The notes under the pieces were generated by a model. That model had not been told where the DNA came from, did no database searches, and saw only the letters and a program-made list of their open reading frames with translations. Below, in pieces: positions 1 to 15,124 of a DNA stretch of 64,000 nucleotides; position 1 is the first letter of the stretch, and each line of letters starts with the position of its first letter. The position numbers and the translations under genes are program-made. The stretch comes from Trichoplax adhaerens. Its lineage: Eukaryota > Animalia > Placozoa. The stretch lies in contig NW_002060957.1 in the NCBI RefSeq assembly GCF_000150275.1, positions 186,001-250,000 on the forward strand. The letters run 5' to 3'.

Positions 1-163
1 ATAATTGTGATATTATAGCCATAAGTATATCACTTATTTAATATCGTTTTAACTTAAAAAGTACTAGCATATAGGAATTATGCTGTAACAAAGTGATATA
101 AAATACAGGCTACAGGCTGTATATTATATATTGTAATACGCTATCGAAATGGTTTACTGTTAC

Positions 164-1859
164 CAATTTCCTTGGGCAACAGCGTTCCTTAGCAGCGGAT
201 GATCACAATCAAAATCTGTAATGATAGTAAATATAAAATTTAATTTATGGCATCACATTCCTGGTCAAGTGCTGCGATACAGCCATGTAGTGCAGCCGCA
301 ATATACGTACACTTGCAGTAAATGATACAATAATACCTAAATTCTATCATCTCGATGTAGTAGTATTTAATTTATGTGTATATTTGATGTGCAATATTTC
401 ATACAATTCTAAAAATAATGGACCTAGTCTCTACGATATTCCATACGGTACTACATTGTACTATACTCTTATACCAAATGCTAAGTTCGAACATGTAGAG
501 ATTACTTGATAAATAGTAGCTAGAATCTATAGTCTTGAAGCTATTGGGCCTATAGCACTTACAAGTAAAAAGACTAGATATGAAATTTACAATGTTTTTA
601 TACTAGACTAGCTATCTCACTTAAACTTACCGTTATTGAGTTCGTCCAGTGTTTTATCACTCTCGATCAATGCTGGGAAGTCATTCGTGAAGACGTAAGT
701 ACTGTCATAGTTAGGATTTACCTAAAATCAAAGAGAAGAAAATACCATAAGTATCTTCTACCATTTATGATAGAGCGGACAGAGTGTAGAATGATATGCA
801 TGTTTTGAATGTAGAGCCTATCCTGTATAATAGTAGTGTTGTTACTGCTTTTCACTCATCGGATAAAGTAAATAAGTAATAATTGTAAGGCTCAACATAA
901 AAAAGTACAGGAAGGAAAACATGAACCATCAAGCAAATGCAGTTGTAGTGGGATAGCGATAAGTGTATAGTAGATACTTTTAGAGCTCGTAAATGATGAT
1001 GATGATAAAGTTAACTTGTGTTACAGGCCTTGTTAGCAATGTTGTTGCATTAATGTAAGGGCAATTTCCAAAATTGTTCATTACTATAATAATAGTAATC
1101 ATCAACAATTTAAGAAATTGCCCTTAATTTAATCACTAGCAGTACTACGAGTTGACCATCATAACATTTAATCGGTTCAACCTAGACCTTTGTGGGAAGT
1201 GCAACAATTTTATGGTGAGATACAATTTAGAAGTATTTTTAATCAATCCCCCTACTCATTTATTGCTGAATAAGGTATAACATTTCATAGAATCAGTTTA
1301 CATTACCACTATCAACGGCATGTTGTATTATAATTAACTCGCTATCATGGATGGCATCTTGTATGTGATAAATCAAGCATTCATTAATTACAGTAATATG
1401 AAGGAAGTTTGCATGTAGGTGCCACAATGTTTTCTTATTGATAAAGCCTGTAGCTAATTGATATCCAATGCACATTATAATAAAATCAATAACGTGGAAC
1501 ATAAGTAGTTTATAATAAACTTGGGACTTGGACATGTTCTGTGACTCAATATTGTTCTAATGACAAGTAAACAAGCAGTAGCTAATTACAAGTATTGTTA
1601 TCCATGTTTTTTAATCTGTACTAAGCACGACGTATCTGAGTTATAACATCTCTTCTACTGCACTTACAATCCCATTGGGGCGAAGACCACCTGGCGCAAG
1701 GGCGTTATTTGCATTGATTTGCGATGAATTTTTCTTTTCGCTCGTTTCTCTTCGACCTTGCCAAGGTCTGCTTAATCGTTGCGGCGAAACGATAACCCAC
1801 TCTTGGCGTAAAGGATTGAAACGTAAATGGGGAGTATCACTAATTGCTGATGTCGCCAT
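164..1859 (-). CDS. GALT: Galactose-1-phosphate uridylyltransferase, 5' exons (gene continues beyond the window start)
   Basis: Exons 1668-1859, 631-721 and 164-215 with GT-AG introns translate to MATSAISDTPHLRFNPLRQEWVIVSPQRLSRPWQG...VNPNYDSTYVFTNDFPAL...HPLLRNAVAQGN, the GALT N-terminal motifs. Confidence 0.95.
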
Positions 1860-3337
1860 GGAATACAATTTCTTGCAAGATAATATGACTATTGTAGCTG
1901 TACTAGTGACTAGGTTTCTGTAAAACAGGGTTAGGAGGTAGTTTTGCACAGATGATTTATGTTGACGTTTAGCCTAGTTGCAGATGGGGCTGCAACTACC
2001 TGCGATAGCACCTGCTGCATTCATTCAGCATGGTGTTGGTGTTGAAGACAGTATAGGTACTCGAACAAGAGGGTAAAAAAAAGAATTATACTGCATACTT
2101 GCTGCATCAATTTGGTAGACAAGAGCAGCGATTGTTAAGCAGTTCAAGGGGTCATTGGGTCAAGTCCTGCACTCATAATTGAAAGGTGATGAGCGTTTAA
2201 TGTAGAACATGCAGCGAAATTGTAGCAGGTAGCTGGTCCTGTTCACAAAATGTAGAATAGAATGGTTTTCCTTTCCTATTTTGACGTAATCCCTGCCTGT
2301 TATTATTGCATTGCGTACGCTGCACAGTGCAGTGCAGATGATGGTCTACTACTGCGCCTTCCTACATCGAGCAGTCTAACCGTGCTGATTTAGCCAGCTG
2401 GAGAATTTGTATGCACGCAGTAAAAAACTTCCTTCCTAGCCGCTATACGTAGGAGCTGTAATACTCGTCAGTAAGACAAATTTTAGATTTCATTCGGAGT
2501 AAAGCAATTTGCATTGGCTACAGGATTCTACTGCTGTATGCACGTCATCGATTTTGGATCCATTGTATGCGTCTGATCGAATTGATCCTCGATTTTGGGG
2601 GTATCAGACTAGAGTCAGAAATTGATTTATCACACCGATCCTGATTGTGTACCCATAGAACACATTATTCTGTCATACAGTAAGCAGACCAGCAAGAAGA
2701 ATGACTGAGAATCACGATGAGCAAGCAGGTAGAAAGAGAAACAGGCTCAAACAGTTGAAAATGAAGCACAGCTAGCTACTGCTGCAGTAGGTGATCGTGG
2801 AGACTCTGGTTGAATAGTACAATACAGTAAGTGGGGTCTCATTTTTTTGGCTGTCGTACACTAGTCCCTAGCAATGAAAAGGATTTGGACCAAATGATTA
2901 ACACTGCCTAGCCCGATAGCATGCATAAAGATACATCTCTACAGCATCTATTTTAGATTGTCCATGATGATCATCCAAATGCGTTTCCACTGGTTGGGCA
3001 TAGTACAGCAGGATGGACGAGTGGAGTAGTAGAGCCGTGGTAGAACGACCAGCAAAATGCCAGACCCCGTGTTTGCTGTTTGGGCACGGAACGGTACCAG
3101 TCCTTTGACTGACGTTTTTCTTTGTTGACGTTGGAGGAACTACAGTGTACAGTGTACCGTACAGTGCGGTGCACTGTACAGTACAGTACAAGAAGTGTCT
3201 CCTCGACGAGTGTGAGAGTTCCCTTTTAGGTGTAGTAGTACTCCATTCTGGCACTTTTATGCAACGCTATACTGTAGTCCGCTACGGTAGCGAAAGCAAC
3301 AGCAGCGATAGGCCCCGCTCATTGCGCCATACTGTAT

Positions 3338-4260
3338 TTGAGCAGGAAAATGAAAACTTTTTTTCCCCTTTTTCAGTGTACAGTACTACAGTACAACGTA
3401 CCGTACTGTGCGACACTGTACAGTGTACAGAGTACTGTACTGAGCAGGAAAATGAAAACTTTTTTTTTCCCCTTTTCAGTGTACTGTACAGTGTACAGTA
3501 CTACAACGTACCGTACTGAGCAGGAAAATGAAAATTTTTTCCCCCTTTTCAGTGTACTGTACTGTACAGTGTACAGCACTACAATATCCTACTGAGCAAG
3601 AAAATGAAAACTTATTTCTCACTTTTCAGTGTACTGTACCGTACTGAGCAGGAAAATGAAACCTTTTTTCCCACCTACAGTATTCAATGTACAGTACTAC
3701 AATGTACTGTACTGAGCAGGAAAATGAAAACTTTCTTTCTTTTTCCCCCTTTTCAGCGTACAGTGTACAGTACTACAATGTACTGTACAGTACTGTAAAC
3801 TGTACCCTACTGAGCAGGAAAATGAAAACTTTTTTTCTGTACTGTTGTACAGTGTACAGTACTACAATGTACAGTACCACAATATACTGTACCGGATTGA
3901 GCAGGAAAATGAAAAAGTACTGTACAGTACTGTACAGTACTGTACTGTATTTCCCCCTTTTCAGTGTACAGTACTACAATGTACAGTACTGTACCTTACT
4001 GAGCAGGAAAATGAAAAACTTTTTCTTTTTCCCCGTTTTCAGTGTACAGTACAGTGTACAGTACTGTACAGTACAGTACAGTACTATAATGTACAGTACA
4101 GTATAGTGCCAAAATGTACTGTACACTGTACAGGACCCTACTGAGCAGGCAAATGAAAACTTTTTTTCTGTACAGTACTGTACAGTGTACAGTACTACAA
4201 TGTACAGTACCGCAATGTACTGTACTGTACCGAACTGGGCAGCAAATGAACACTTTTTCA
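3338..4260 (+). repeat. Variable-period minisatellite: about 11 copies of (C/T)TGAGCAGGAAAATGAAAAC plus a T/C run, separated by TACAG/TACTG-rich variable segments
   Basis: Anchor copies near 3338, 3440, 3516, 3592, 3644, 3712, 3810, 3897, 3999, 4141 and 4235 (last two degenerate). Spacing is about 52-142 bp. Confidence 0.9.
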
Positions 4261-4559
4261 CTGTACACTGTACACGGCAAGCGGAAAGTCTCAACACGTT
4301 TTATATGGCTTTGTATGAAAAATGCGTGGCGATTTGGCACACTCTTGTTTCCCCAGTAACGCACGCTACAGTACCATGCCTACAGTGTACAGTACGACAA
4401 TGGACTGTAGTCTGCAGCAAAAGAAACTTTTTTCCTCCTTGACCATACTGCTGGCTCTTGACGACTGGCTAGGCAACAACCAAAACGTTACTCAACAACG
4501 TCGTTGTAGACCTACTGCTGAAAGCAACGCATGACACGATGGTGTAATCACAAGCAATC

Positions 4560-7500
4560 ATGGCCGCCAATTTTGATCAATCTACTTTCCAAGATAAACT
4601 CAACCACCTGACTGGATCACAAGAAAGTGTTCAATCATTATCAAGCTACATTTTAAGCAATGTAATCCATGTCAAATCGGTCCTAACCACGTTGATGCGA
4701 GATTTGAAACAAGGTAAGAGAGGATCATCATCCAATGTAAACACTTCTGCAATAGCATCAATCACACTTGAGCAAAGAGCTGGATAGAATGGCGTTCCTA
4801 CTTGATACACCATGCTACAGTACATGACGACAGTGGAAACGAAAATGTGCAAGACAAGAGAAGAAACAACGCCTCAGCCAGTGGAAACCATGTGCTGAAA
4901 ACCAGTCGTTTTCTCTTCCAGCTAGCATACACATTTCAAAAGGAGAACGCTTCCATCGATCATCGTACGCACCAATTGACTTTCCCTTCCAAGCTAGTCG
5001 TCATGATAGCGCCTTCTTCACCCAATGGTGATGTTATTAACGCATCCAGTGCTCAGATCACATCGAAAGTGGGAATAGCAATGCCTTAAACAGAGTAAAG
5101 ATGCAGTCAACAGTAGTGTTGTATTATACTTCAACCGTTTCCATCAAGTACTGCAATACTGTACAATCGTGTAGAGGATGGAGGAGAGATAGTCATCAAC
5201 AAATCCCTTCTTGATCAGCGTAGTCAAAGCATCTTGATGATACCATCCGATCCTTGTCTACAGAGCTAATTGAACCTTTTGCTCAAACAATCAATAACTT
5301 GCGTTGCCATCCATTTCTACGGATAGTATCATACAGATGCAATTGATAATTATAAACGACCTTGATGGACGGTGATCTGGATTGATCAATTCAGCCATGA
5401 TTGCTAATCCTTTTGTTGATAGACAAACTATCCTGTATTCAGCGCGCATACACAACACTCGATACAGGTCTTGCAAACACTCTCATACATGACACTGGGC
5501 CCATACTAAATGCTATCAAGGCAGTAAGTCAATGTTTCAACTACAAAGCAAGATCCAATCCTTTTCAATCCTACCAACTTTTTTTCCTAGTTCAAACCAA
5601 CAACAGTCCAACACCAAGACATGGATGTACTTACAAAACAAAACCAACGCTTGAATGCTCTTTTCGCCTTCTTTCAAGCTCTCCATTGCTGATAAATTGA
5701 TTCATGAAATCAATACAGTATGCAAGACTATCCCAAATGGAAATTTGCATCTGCCATCAACACTCGCATATCACCAATAGCATTGCTGTCAAAATTCCTT
5801 CTCATAGACAAACTGACAACTTAGACTACCATCGATTATTAATCATAATTATCCTAGTGATTAACGCTGTCTTTTTATACATCATTTGCCTTACTCTTAC
5901 ACGATATTGTCTACATTAGAGACCCTACAGTCTACATCTACCTTTGTATTCAAAATTTGATCTATCTTCAATGCCTCGATAATAAGAGTGATCACGATAT
6001 TGTAATTTTTACAACATGTTACCCTATTGTTGCCTACATGAATAACATTTCATTTCTTGCTGTTTATCGATATTAGCCAAGAAAGACCGTCATATGATCC
6101 TGTTGTATCTCATCAACGATGTACTACAGCATAGTAAAAGGAAGAGCACACGGATCTACGACGAATTTGTCAACGTATTAAACGATGTGGTTACTCATTT
6201 TCGGTAAGTCCATGACGTCCTATACCGTCCTCACACTGTACTGTTGGATCAAAGTCTCATTTTGTAACTTGATTCTTGCAAATAGAGTAGGCATTACCTA
6301 CGACAAAAAAATCCATTCATTTCTTAGTAGACGATTAATGATACATTTAGCCCGTTGATAAAGTGTTGTTTAGTCAGTGCAAGACTTGCTATCTGATTGC
6401 TTTCACATACATATTGGTCATAAGAGTTTATTAGACAAGAAAATTGATATTCAATCAACTCTTATTGATTTACCGGCGTGTAGTGGATCACCATACTACG
6501 TAGCGTATTAAAGGTCTATTGCTACATAATCATTCAGTCATGCTCGTCCTCAATGATGACATACAGCATATTGCTCTCCAACAGACAGTGAAATTCAAAA
6601 ATGGAAAATTGATACTCAAATAACTGATATCTCTCTATTTTCTTACCAATATCATCAGAAGTAATAGCGACACCGCGCAAATTAGACGAATCAAGCGCAT
6701 TTTTAAAATTTGGGAAGATCGTGATGTCGTTACCAAAGCCTGTATAACTAATCTTTATCGTATACTAGGTAATGGCCAATGCTATTGCATTATGATAATC
6801 ATAATAAAATACAAATCGGAAATTAAATATTCGCCTTTGCAAATTTTTATTTATAATTAGATGCAGATCAAACCAACAATACACCAGGACCTATTGAAGA
6901 ATTTAAGGTACCATTGCAACAATGCACTTATTTGACGAATAAATAGCATTCATAATACAGTAGGAAATGCTGAACCACCAACATGTTAACTAAAATAAGG
7001 GAATATTTCTTCTACGATATTATCCCAGTAAAAGTCATAATTCGGCAATCTATGATTAATAACTCACTCAAAGATTACAACATCATCCACCTAAATTAGA
7101 TGCTTATTCTGTTGTCCCGTTATTTGACATGTATTATTATTATTTACCACATATTTCACGTAAAATTGATTAAATGTCATTCTTATCCTAATAGTTATTC
7201 ACCTTGACCGAGTCATGCATGAAATTTCAAAATTACAGTCAAGCTGTCGGCATGAAAGAAAAAGGCGCGTCTGCATTTGATAGGTATACGTCAGAAAATG
7301 TCAAGAGTGTAAAAGGTAACCATAATTAGCCTCAGAGTACAGAAGAATTACGAAAAAGATTGATGATCGTTAATTTTATGTTATCCTTTTATGTACAATA
7401 TAGACCGTACGGAAGGGACCAAATATATCGCAAAATTTGATGAAGCTCGTACCAGATGGTCAGATTATCAAAGTGCTCTAGAAGAGAAAAGCAAAGCCTG

Positions 7501-9428
7501 TATACAAATGATTAAGAATATGAATGATTGCAATGTGTATCACGCTGGCGAATTAGATAAAGTCAAAATTATTGCTAACGTATGTATTGTTATGACTGAA
7601 TAACATGTTCAATACAAATAATCCTGTATGACAATCGATCTCCAATTTCTTTTCGTAGGCTTACAAAAGTTTATTCGATCGTGTTAAAAAAACTAAACTG
7701 AAGTTAGACGATAAGGTATCCACTTTAGCAGATGAACCCATTGTAAGCAAAAAGCCGGTTGAAAATGATAACACACAAGTCCAGGATATGGATTTAGATA
7801 ACAGCGATGATGAAAGAGGCTTTCATGATAATACAACAACGGCATCCCATTCAACAATTACTATAAATCCAGGTATTCCCATACCTCCTGTTGGAAGACG
7901 CGATATCCATCCAATAGCAACGACACATGCCAGACCGCCAAGTATTATACCTCAGGCAGCCGACCGTAGCAATCCAAGCAGTTCAACTTATCTAACACCA
8001 CAATCTAGTACAAATTCATGGCCATTGCAACGTTCAACTAGTGTACCACCCAATGAGCCCATTCGCTATCCGCAAAATGAAGCAACACCGGCTACTCCTA
8101 CAACTGGCATGCGTTATGATGGATTAAATAATCAAGGCCAAGCAGAACCAAGGCATGCCAATTTAGATAGTCGTTTGTTCAACAAGCAACTACCATTACA
8201 ACATGAACTCAAAACTGATCATACAAATATCGATAGTGATAAACCATCTGACGCCAATAATAGCGCTAAGAATGGTAACACCATTCAACAATTAGCTAAG
8301 TTACTTTCGTTGAATAATCCAACTGTGGCAGATAATCAAAATTTACCTCTCACTGATCAAGCTTCTCAGCAGACGGCTGATCACAAAGATTCATCAATAA
8401 CTTCACTATTCTACAATTTATTGCCATCACTGAGAAGTATCACTTCACAAGAGACTGATAGCAACAACAGTAATGAGCATCTTGAAAATAGAAATAGTCA
8501 CAGAAATGAATTTGCCCAATCTATAGGTCAACCTGGCCAGACTAAGCACATTGGCAGCGATGCTGTAGGAGAGCCAAATTTAGGCAGTCAAACAATTCCT
8601 GTTAGAAATACAACATCGTTGGCGACCGGACAGCGTCGCATATCCAACATTGGTAAAGGTCGAGGATCAAAAGCAACTTTTGAAAATAGATCGTTTAAAC
8701 CAAATTCACCTAATAAACATCGAAATAATCATCCCCCTCCAATATCAGCTAAACCCGCTCAGACCGATAAAGGAACAAATAGAATGAGTGATGTACAGTC
8801 TATTCAAACTGTTCATGATGTTAGACCTGCATTTCAACCGCAACGATCTCAATTATTCTATCAAGCTGATGTAAATCAAGGTGCTCAACGTAGCGCTAAC
8901 ACTTATAGAAATGTTCGGCCACCAAGTATACTTCACGAAACAGGTCCTGTTAAATACGACAGGATCTCACCTTCAAGTGAAACCCATCCACCTTTTTATG
9001 GAGGGCCTCCTGCAATATCAGATCATATGCAAGGACAGCTTCCCAAAGTTGGTCCATCAGCCAACCCTTGGCGCGGAAATCGTAAACGTTTACATGGTGA
9101 TACAGCAGATCGAAGACTTTCTCTGCCACCAGACGAATTCTCTGACGTACCAGTTCATTTTGGTGATAGTAGGCCTGGTCACAGGAAACGAACAAAATCT
9201 GAATCTGAAAGTAGTAATAGTGGTTCTCCACAAAGTATACCTGTCCTCCAGCAACATAAACGATCCCCATATCCTCATGGTCATAGTCAAGGCCCTCGTC
9301 GATCAAATATCCATCATCCACGAAGAAGCATGGAAGAAGATCAAGGAAGGCAAATTTCAGTCCTTGATCCTCGCCATCCACCGTTACACCAAAATCGTCC
9401 AAATATTTATCAAGGTCATCATAAATAA
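4560..9428 (+). CDS. RPRD2: RPRD2-like RNA polymerase II CTD-interacting (CID) protein with a long low-complexity C-terminus
   Basis: Exon 4560-4713 (LTGSQESVQSLSSY), exon 6077-6203 (LLYLINDVLQHSKRK), exon from 6659 (IKRIFKIWEDR), further small exons, and terminal exon 7659-9428 (AYKSLFDRV...DMDLDNSDDE, then a P/S/H/R-rich tail). Confidence 0.85.
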
Positions 9429-12400
9429 TCAGTAATCTCAGTTACGGTATTTCTAAGATACTGTATCAATTATGATTATCTTGTGTCTTGAAATTTCATT
9501 TGTATTTGTGGACGGTTTGCTCATGTTACACTTTATAAACTGTATATATCTGTAATGAAATTTATTGGCTGTTTTATATTAATTTGTATGGCGTTATAAT
9601 AATAACAATCTATCTGGCTGTTAATGGCTAAGCCAAATGTATCTATAAAAATTTTGAAGATACAATGTTACATACAGCTACGACTGCTTCATTTTATTAT
9701 TTATGGAAATTGGCGGTTATCTTTACTGTACATTTTTATCATATCGACAATTAATGTATTGTATATGTAATATGTTAAGTTATACAAAAAATTTGTTATT
9801 GATTCAGAAGGTCTGTTATTTCATAATCGGTTGAAGATAGCAGCTTACAAATGTTATTCTGTCACATCACTGAAATGATAAATGAACTGTCAAAGAACAG
9901 AAAAAATGTTTTTAAGAAAAATTGACCTTATTTCTGCTGATTACTTGAGTCAGAATATCTCTTTCAATATCAGCACGAGCGTTTCTGATAAATCGTGATA
10001 AATAGAGCAGTGATGAATTTCTTCAATCACACGAGTAACTACATACGTACTCATTTATCCAATTGCTAGTGTATTACTGTATGTTGCACAGTAGAGATTT
10101 GATACAAAATACTAAAAAGAGCTACGTAAAAGTATAAATTTAATGTAGTGTAGCGACATTTTCATTGCAGCAATTATATGCTGCGATATTGTAAAACGTG
10201 TTGCAATTCCTTTTTATCTTTAATTTTTGGGGATGTACTACTATATTTGCTTTTAATTGTGTTTTAGACATTAAATCTTTATAATATTGACCTATATAAA
10301 TTGTCTATACCCGTGTACCGATCAAGCATTTGCTGGCTCAGACAGCACTTCTACAATATTTTAATATACGTCTGTAATTAAATTACATAAGCCTTTCCTT
10401 CCTCTCACTGTCATGTATTCAAAATGATACGGTATAACTTGCAATTCACGAGTACTACGAAAGGGTTCAAATTTCTCAAACAATATCAGTCAATATAACG
10501 GTCTTATGTACTTACGGTATTCAAATCATCGGTAATGATAATTATTCAATTCAGTGATAACTTGATATTCTCATCTTGAAAGGATATCGGAATTGTTTTC
10601 ACTATTTATGTTGGGCGATAGTACAGTAAAAACATTTCAGTACTTGCCTCAGCTCGGGGCAGGAGTAGAATAGTCTTTACGGTAATGAATCATGAGAATC
10701 TTCAGTGGCTGTCTAATCAGTGTCCATATAGCAGTAGATTCTACATAACGTTCTTTAGACTATCAAAGTAATTGCATGTATGTCATACGCGAATTTGTGA
10801 CTGCTAACAGATTAGTTAAATCTTCTTAATGATTGCTAACTTCCCGACGAAGCTACTAAATCGTCTATTGTAAATAACTTTGAGATGCCTGCAGAACATA
10901 GTGAGACAGTAATTACAATTCCAGATTACATTGACGAATTTTAAAAATCATTCAAAATTCTTGGCAGTGTACAGATTGCCAACTTATCATAATGTTGCGT
11001 TTTTTTTTTTTGTATACGAAATATAGTTTAATACATCAGTAGTGTTCTAACTACTGAATTAAATCGTTTAATCCAAGTACAAAGGAATCTGTTCGTATCA
11101 GAACTTGCAGCTATCATACGAAATAACTGCCTCTGGATTAAAGAATTGTATTTGCTCTACAATATTGCCTTGCATATCAACAATTAATTAATTAATAACA
11201 TTGTAAAATTTTCCAGTATATAGAATAAACCGTTAGTTTCTTTTAACTTTAAGTGGTTCAGCTGGAATTAATTTAAAGACAGATCAACTTACAATGGTAA
11301 TGTAGTAAAATTATTCTCATTCTGATTGCCTTTAATATAGCCTAGTAGGTAAATTTTGGTGATTCAGCTAGGATCATCGTGAAGATAGATTAATATAGTA
11401 AATATTGTCGCTCTTCTACATCTTATTGATTACTGTAATGGTTTTTATGCTAGTTCACGCTCTTATTACGGATATTACGAGAGAACGTAGAGATTGTCAA
11501 TTCCTACAGGTGTTGAAAATTGATAACTTTATTGTATCAACTCAGAAATATAAATTATGTTAAAACATACAAATTACCCCTTAAAAATAATTGATAACAT
11601 CTGTATAAAAATAGAACTGTTGCATCAACCAAAAATATCGATATCAAGGGACCATTTTATCAGTCTATAATTAACAGTCCAAAATTAAATGAATAACAAA
11701 GTACACTAAATTATACAGATGGACTTAATTATATATAATAAAGTACCAAATTAATTAATTACCCTATTTAAAAATTAAACACGAGATGATTAGTAGTATC
11801 GTACATAGGGTAAAAAAAGAAATACATTTAGTTAAAATTATTTATTAGGCCTCGATTTTTATTGGAATCGTCTATATATAATCCTGATTCCAGCATACTT
11901 TCAGCTATGCTCTTTACTCTATTCCTTTAATCGCAAATCTTATAACTAGAGTATAATATTAGACCTAGAAAACCATAATTGATGATAACCTGAAATTATA
12001 GAGCGAACTAAATATTGCTATTCATTCTATACATTAATGCTACCATCGTGTATAAATCTAACATACTTGTCTATAAAAGTAATTAACGGCGCTAGAAAAA
12101 TGTGATGTTTGTATCTTGATGAAATGTTACATTCCAACATTTAACTAATAATTAATTGGAATATACTAATTATATACAAGATATTTTTATGACATTTTTA
12201 ACGTAAACAATAGGCAATCAATCCCATCCACATTCCACTATTAAGAGTAGACTTACTTAATCTATATCTAATTAATTAAACAATTACTCTATCTACGATA
12301 TTATGATGCAATCAATTATCGGTGGATCTGAATTTAAGGAACTAATCATGGCTATAAAATAGAATTGTTACGATAGTAAGAAAATAGTGATTATAAAGAT

Positions 12401-12713
12401 GTAACAAATAACAAATTCTTCATTCAAGAGCATAAAAATAATATTAACCTACTAAATCATCAAAATCGATATCGTTATCATTCATAAATGATGACGATTG
12501 ATTTTATTACCTAAAATTTAGGACTGATTCACAAGTTTACTCATTAAATTACTGATGATTACCAATCGAATATCATGAGAAAATAAATTCGTACATTCGT
12601 AGTCTGTAATTGCATATTTTCATTCCGATATAGATGTACAGTATTTGTACAAAGTTTCTAGATATCTTCTATGAGAATAATATGATATTATAATGAATTG
12701 CTATATTAATCTA

Positions 12714-15124
12714 TTATGTTACTGTTACTGCTTGTTGTTCATAATTATGGTGTGTTCTCGGTGCAAAATCGTCATCATCATAATCATCGCCGTGATCATG
12801 AGCTATGATATCCTTATAGACGGATTGGATAGCACGATCCTGGATGGACTTTTGCAATGCAACACGAGAAGAATGGAATGTATCTGAGGAAAATTTCTTA
12901 AAATCTTCACGATGCATGGTACGCATATCCATTGGATCATTACTCTTAAAGACTACTGCCGGTTTTTTTGCAGACATTGATGGTTTGGCATCAACATGTC
13001 GGACATAATTGTCTCTCGATACAGTGCGTAAATCCATTTCACCATAGCCAAATATACTTTCGCGTTGATGATCTGGTAGGCATGGATAGCGTTGAGCTTC
13101 TTTCACATCGAAATGACAGTAATCTTCCTTCGATGTTGTTGCCGCAGTAAATGGCTTTTCACGATATGGAGTTTGCCGAGTACGTGGTCGTCGAATCTTT
13201 TTCGATTCCATTTCAGAGGAGAAATTACGAAAATCATTGTGCATTGTCGAACTTAAATCCATTTTTTCTGTAGGTGGACTGTATGATTTATCCTTAGCTT
13301 GGACTGGATTGATACGGCGAACAGGTTCACCTTCCCAGGCTTTAAAATCATCAAGATGAGTAGTTGAAGCTAAATAGGCAACAAGTAGCTTTAGTAAATA
13401 CATTGAAACTGTACTTTTCTTGTCAGATTAACCTATTTTTAGCACTACTTGATTTTATATTATAGGCTTTTAGCTAGAAAGTAACAGTTTAAATCATAAA
13501 CTAAAATTTTTCTTGGGGAACAATTATCAAATGTTTATCAGAGTAAATTTATTTAATCTATTTAAGCGCAGTTTTCTGTTCTTTAACTGTAAATGTATTT
13601 AAGCTTCTGGAATATAGAAGTCTATAATTTCAGCTACCAGCTCTATTAGTGCTTTTAATGATTTATGAAACTGCATACTTGCTTCTTAGCTGCAACGTAA
13701 AATCAATCTCTAAAGGAGTTGGTGAAACTAAACACATATAGATAATAAGAAACTCTAGTATATGCACTTTAAATTACTATTTTTGCCCATGAACTCATCT
13801 CTAACAATATTTTGTTCTATATTGCAGTTATAGGCTACCAAATGTAACTTCAACTATCGTTTGAAAGTCGTTAGCATTTTATGACGATGATCAAACACTA
13901 ATAACTTAATGCATCTATCGACTTTAAATACAGTTTTAAAGTAAAATTTTACGTCTTCACGTCTTAATCATATCTCGGTACAGAAATTATTCTTTCAGTT
14001 TCAAATCTATGTGCGTTATAATTATTTTGCTTAAGGTAAAATGGAGTTCAACATCTTTCGGCTAATACTTTACTATATCATACTGTAACACTTCACACTA
14101 AATGTGTTCATTTAGGGACTAATAATTATAGACAAGTATGTTTTACTATATTTCTAATATCATCAATTTAGCAGTATAACATATAAATTAGCTAAAACTG
14201 TCATGATATTATGATGTAATAATAAGAATTAAGACATCCTCTACAAGATATTGGAAATTCTTATTTATCAAATAACTCAATCCATTGCAAGAACTACATT
14301 ATTATCCGGATAAGAGCTAAAAGCATTAGTTTACCTTTTTCCTTTCCGTCGCCTACAGGAAATGTTTTACTACGGCTATGAATTTTCTTGAAACTTGGTA
14401 ATTTACAGTAGCCATGATCTTTATAACCAACCTGATAGTTGGTGCTTAGAGAATCTGTAACCTTATCTGGAGGTCGATATTCTTTATCATGCTTATATAT
14501 ATCTGTCGATTGGCGTATCTCTACAGGATATTTTATAAAATCTTCTTTATTAGTTGTCCTAAAGTTCATTTTTTCTTCTGGTCGAATAGTTAACAAGTTA
14601 GGCTTGGCTGTTGCTGCAGGTGCCGTCTGGTGTCGTACAAAGTCACCACGCGATGTTGTATGAAGATCAATTGATTCTTGCGGTGGCTTATATGTATTTT
14701 CAATTTTCCTGGGTCGTAATCGTTCCTCAGGTTGGAGAGCCCAACCTTTAAAATCATCTGAATATGTAGCTCGATATCGACTAGAAGCTTCAATATCAGG
14801 AAAGTTATAAGTTTGCTTGGCTCGGACTAATTTGGATGGACGACTACCTGTCTTGATAAAGTCCAGATATTGTTGATTATATTGCGTTAATAAATCCATC
14901 TCGCCACTTTGACCAACTAGCTCATTTTTTATTTTAACTGGCAGCAATTTAGGTTGGGGTGGAAAGTGGACAAAATCTGTTTTATTAGTAGTAGCTTGAT
15001 ATTCACTACCGTTATTTTGCCATAGTACACCATCATTACGTTTCGATAGCTGCCTCCGGTGATAGCCGTGATCCGTATATCGTCGGCTGTACTCACTAAA
15101 CTGATAACGAGATTTCTTTTTCAT
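12714..15124 (-). CDS. Stabilizer of axonemal microtubules (SAXO/FAM154 family) with repeated Mn-type motifs
   Basis: Join of 14335-15124 and 12714-13369 gives 1446 nt in frame (481 aa). Repeated T/S-T-x-x-x-D-F/Y motifs: TTNKTDF, TTSRGDF, TTNKEDF, TTHLDDF, TMHNDF, TTSKEDY, TMHREDF. Confidence 0.85.

Noticed and set aside
3338-4260. CRISPR array
   Set aside because: The context is eukaryotic, there are no cas genes, and the spacers are related low-complexity sequence of irregular length.
2898-4534. Overlapping C/T/V/Q/Y/S-rich ORFs (also at 20998-21249, 40079-40798, 41400-41691 and 49125-50340)
   Set aside because: They are translations of the TACAG/TACTG tracts, which have few stop codons in any frame.
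8881-9435. Alternative-frame and antisense ORFs over the RPRD2 last exon (likewise over aldolase, SAXO, TMEM199 and the AP3B hinge)
   Set aside because: They are shadows of real coding sequence with no recognisable motifs.
9430-12700. Long AT-rich gap between convergent genes (also 51000-53050 and 45920-47640)
   Set aside because: No ORF, RNA gene or repeat structure that I could support.
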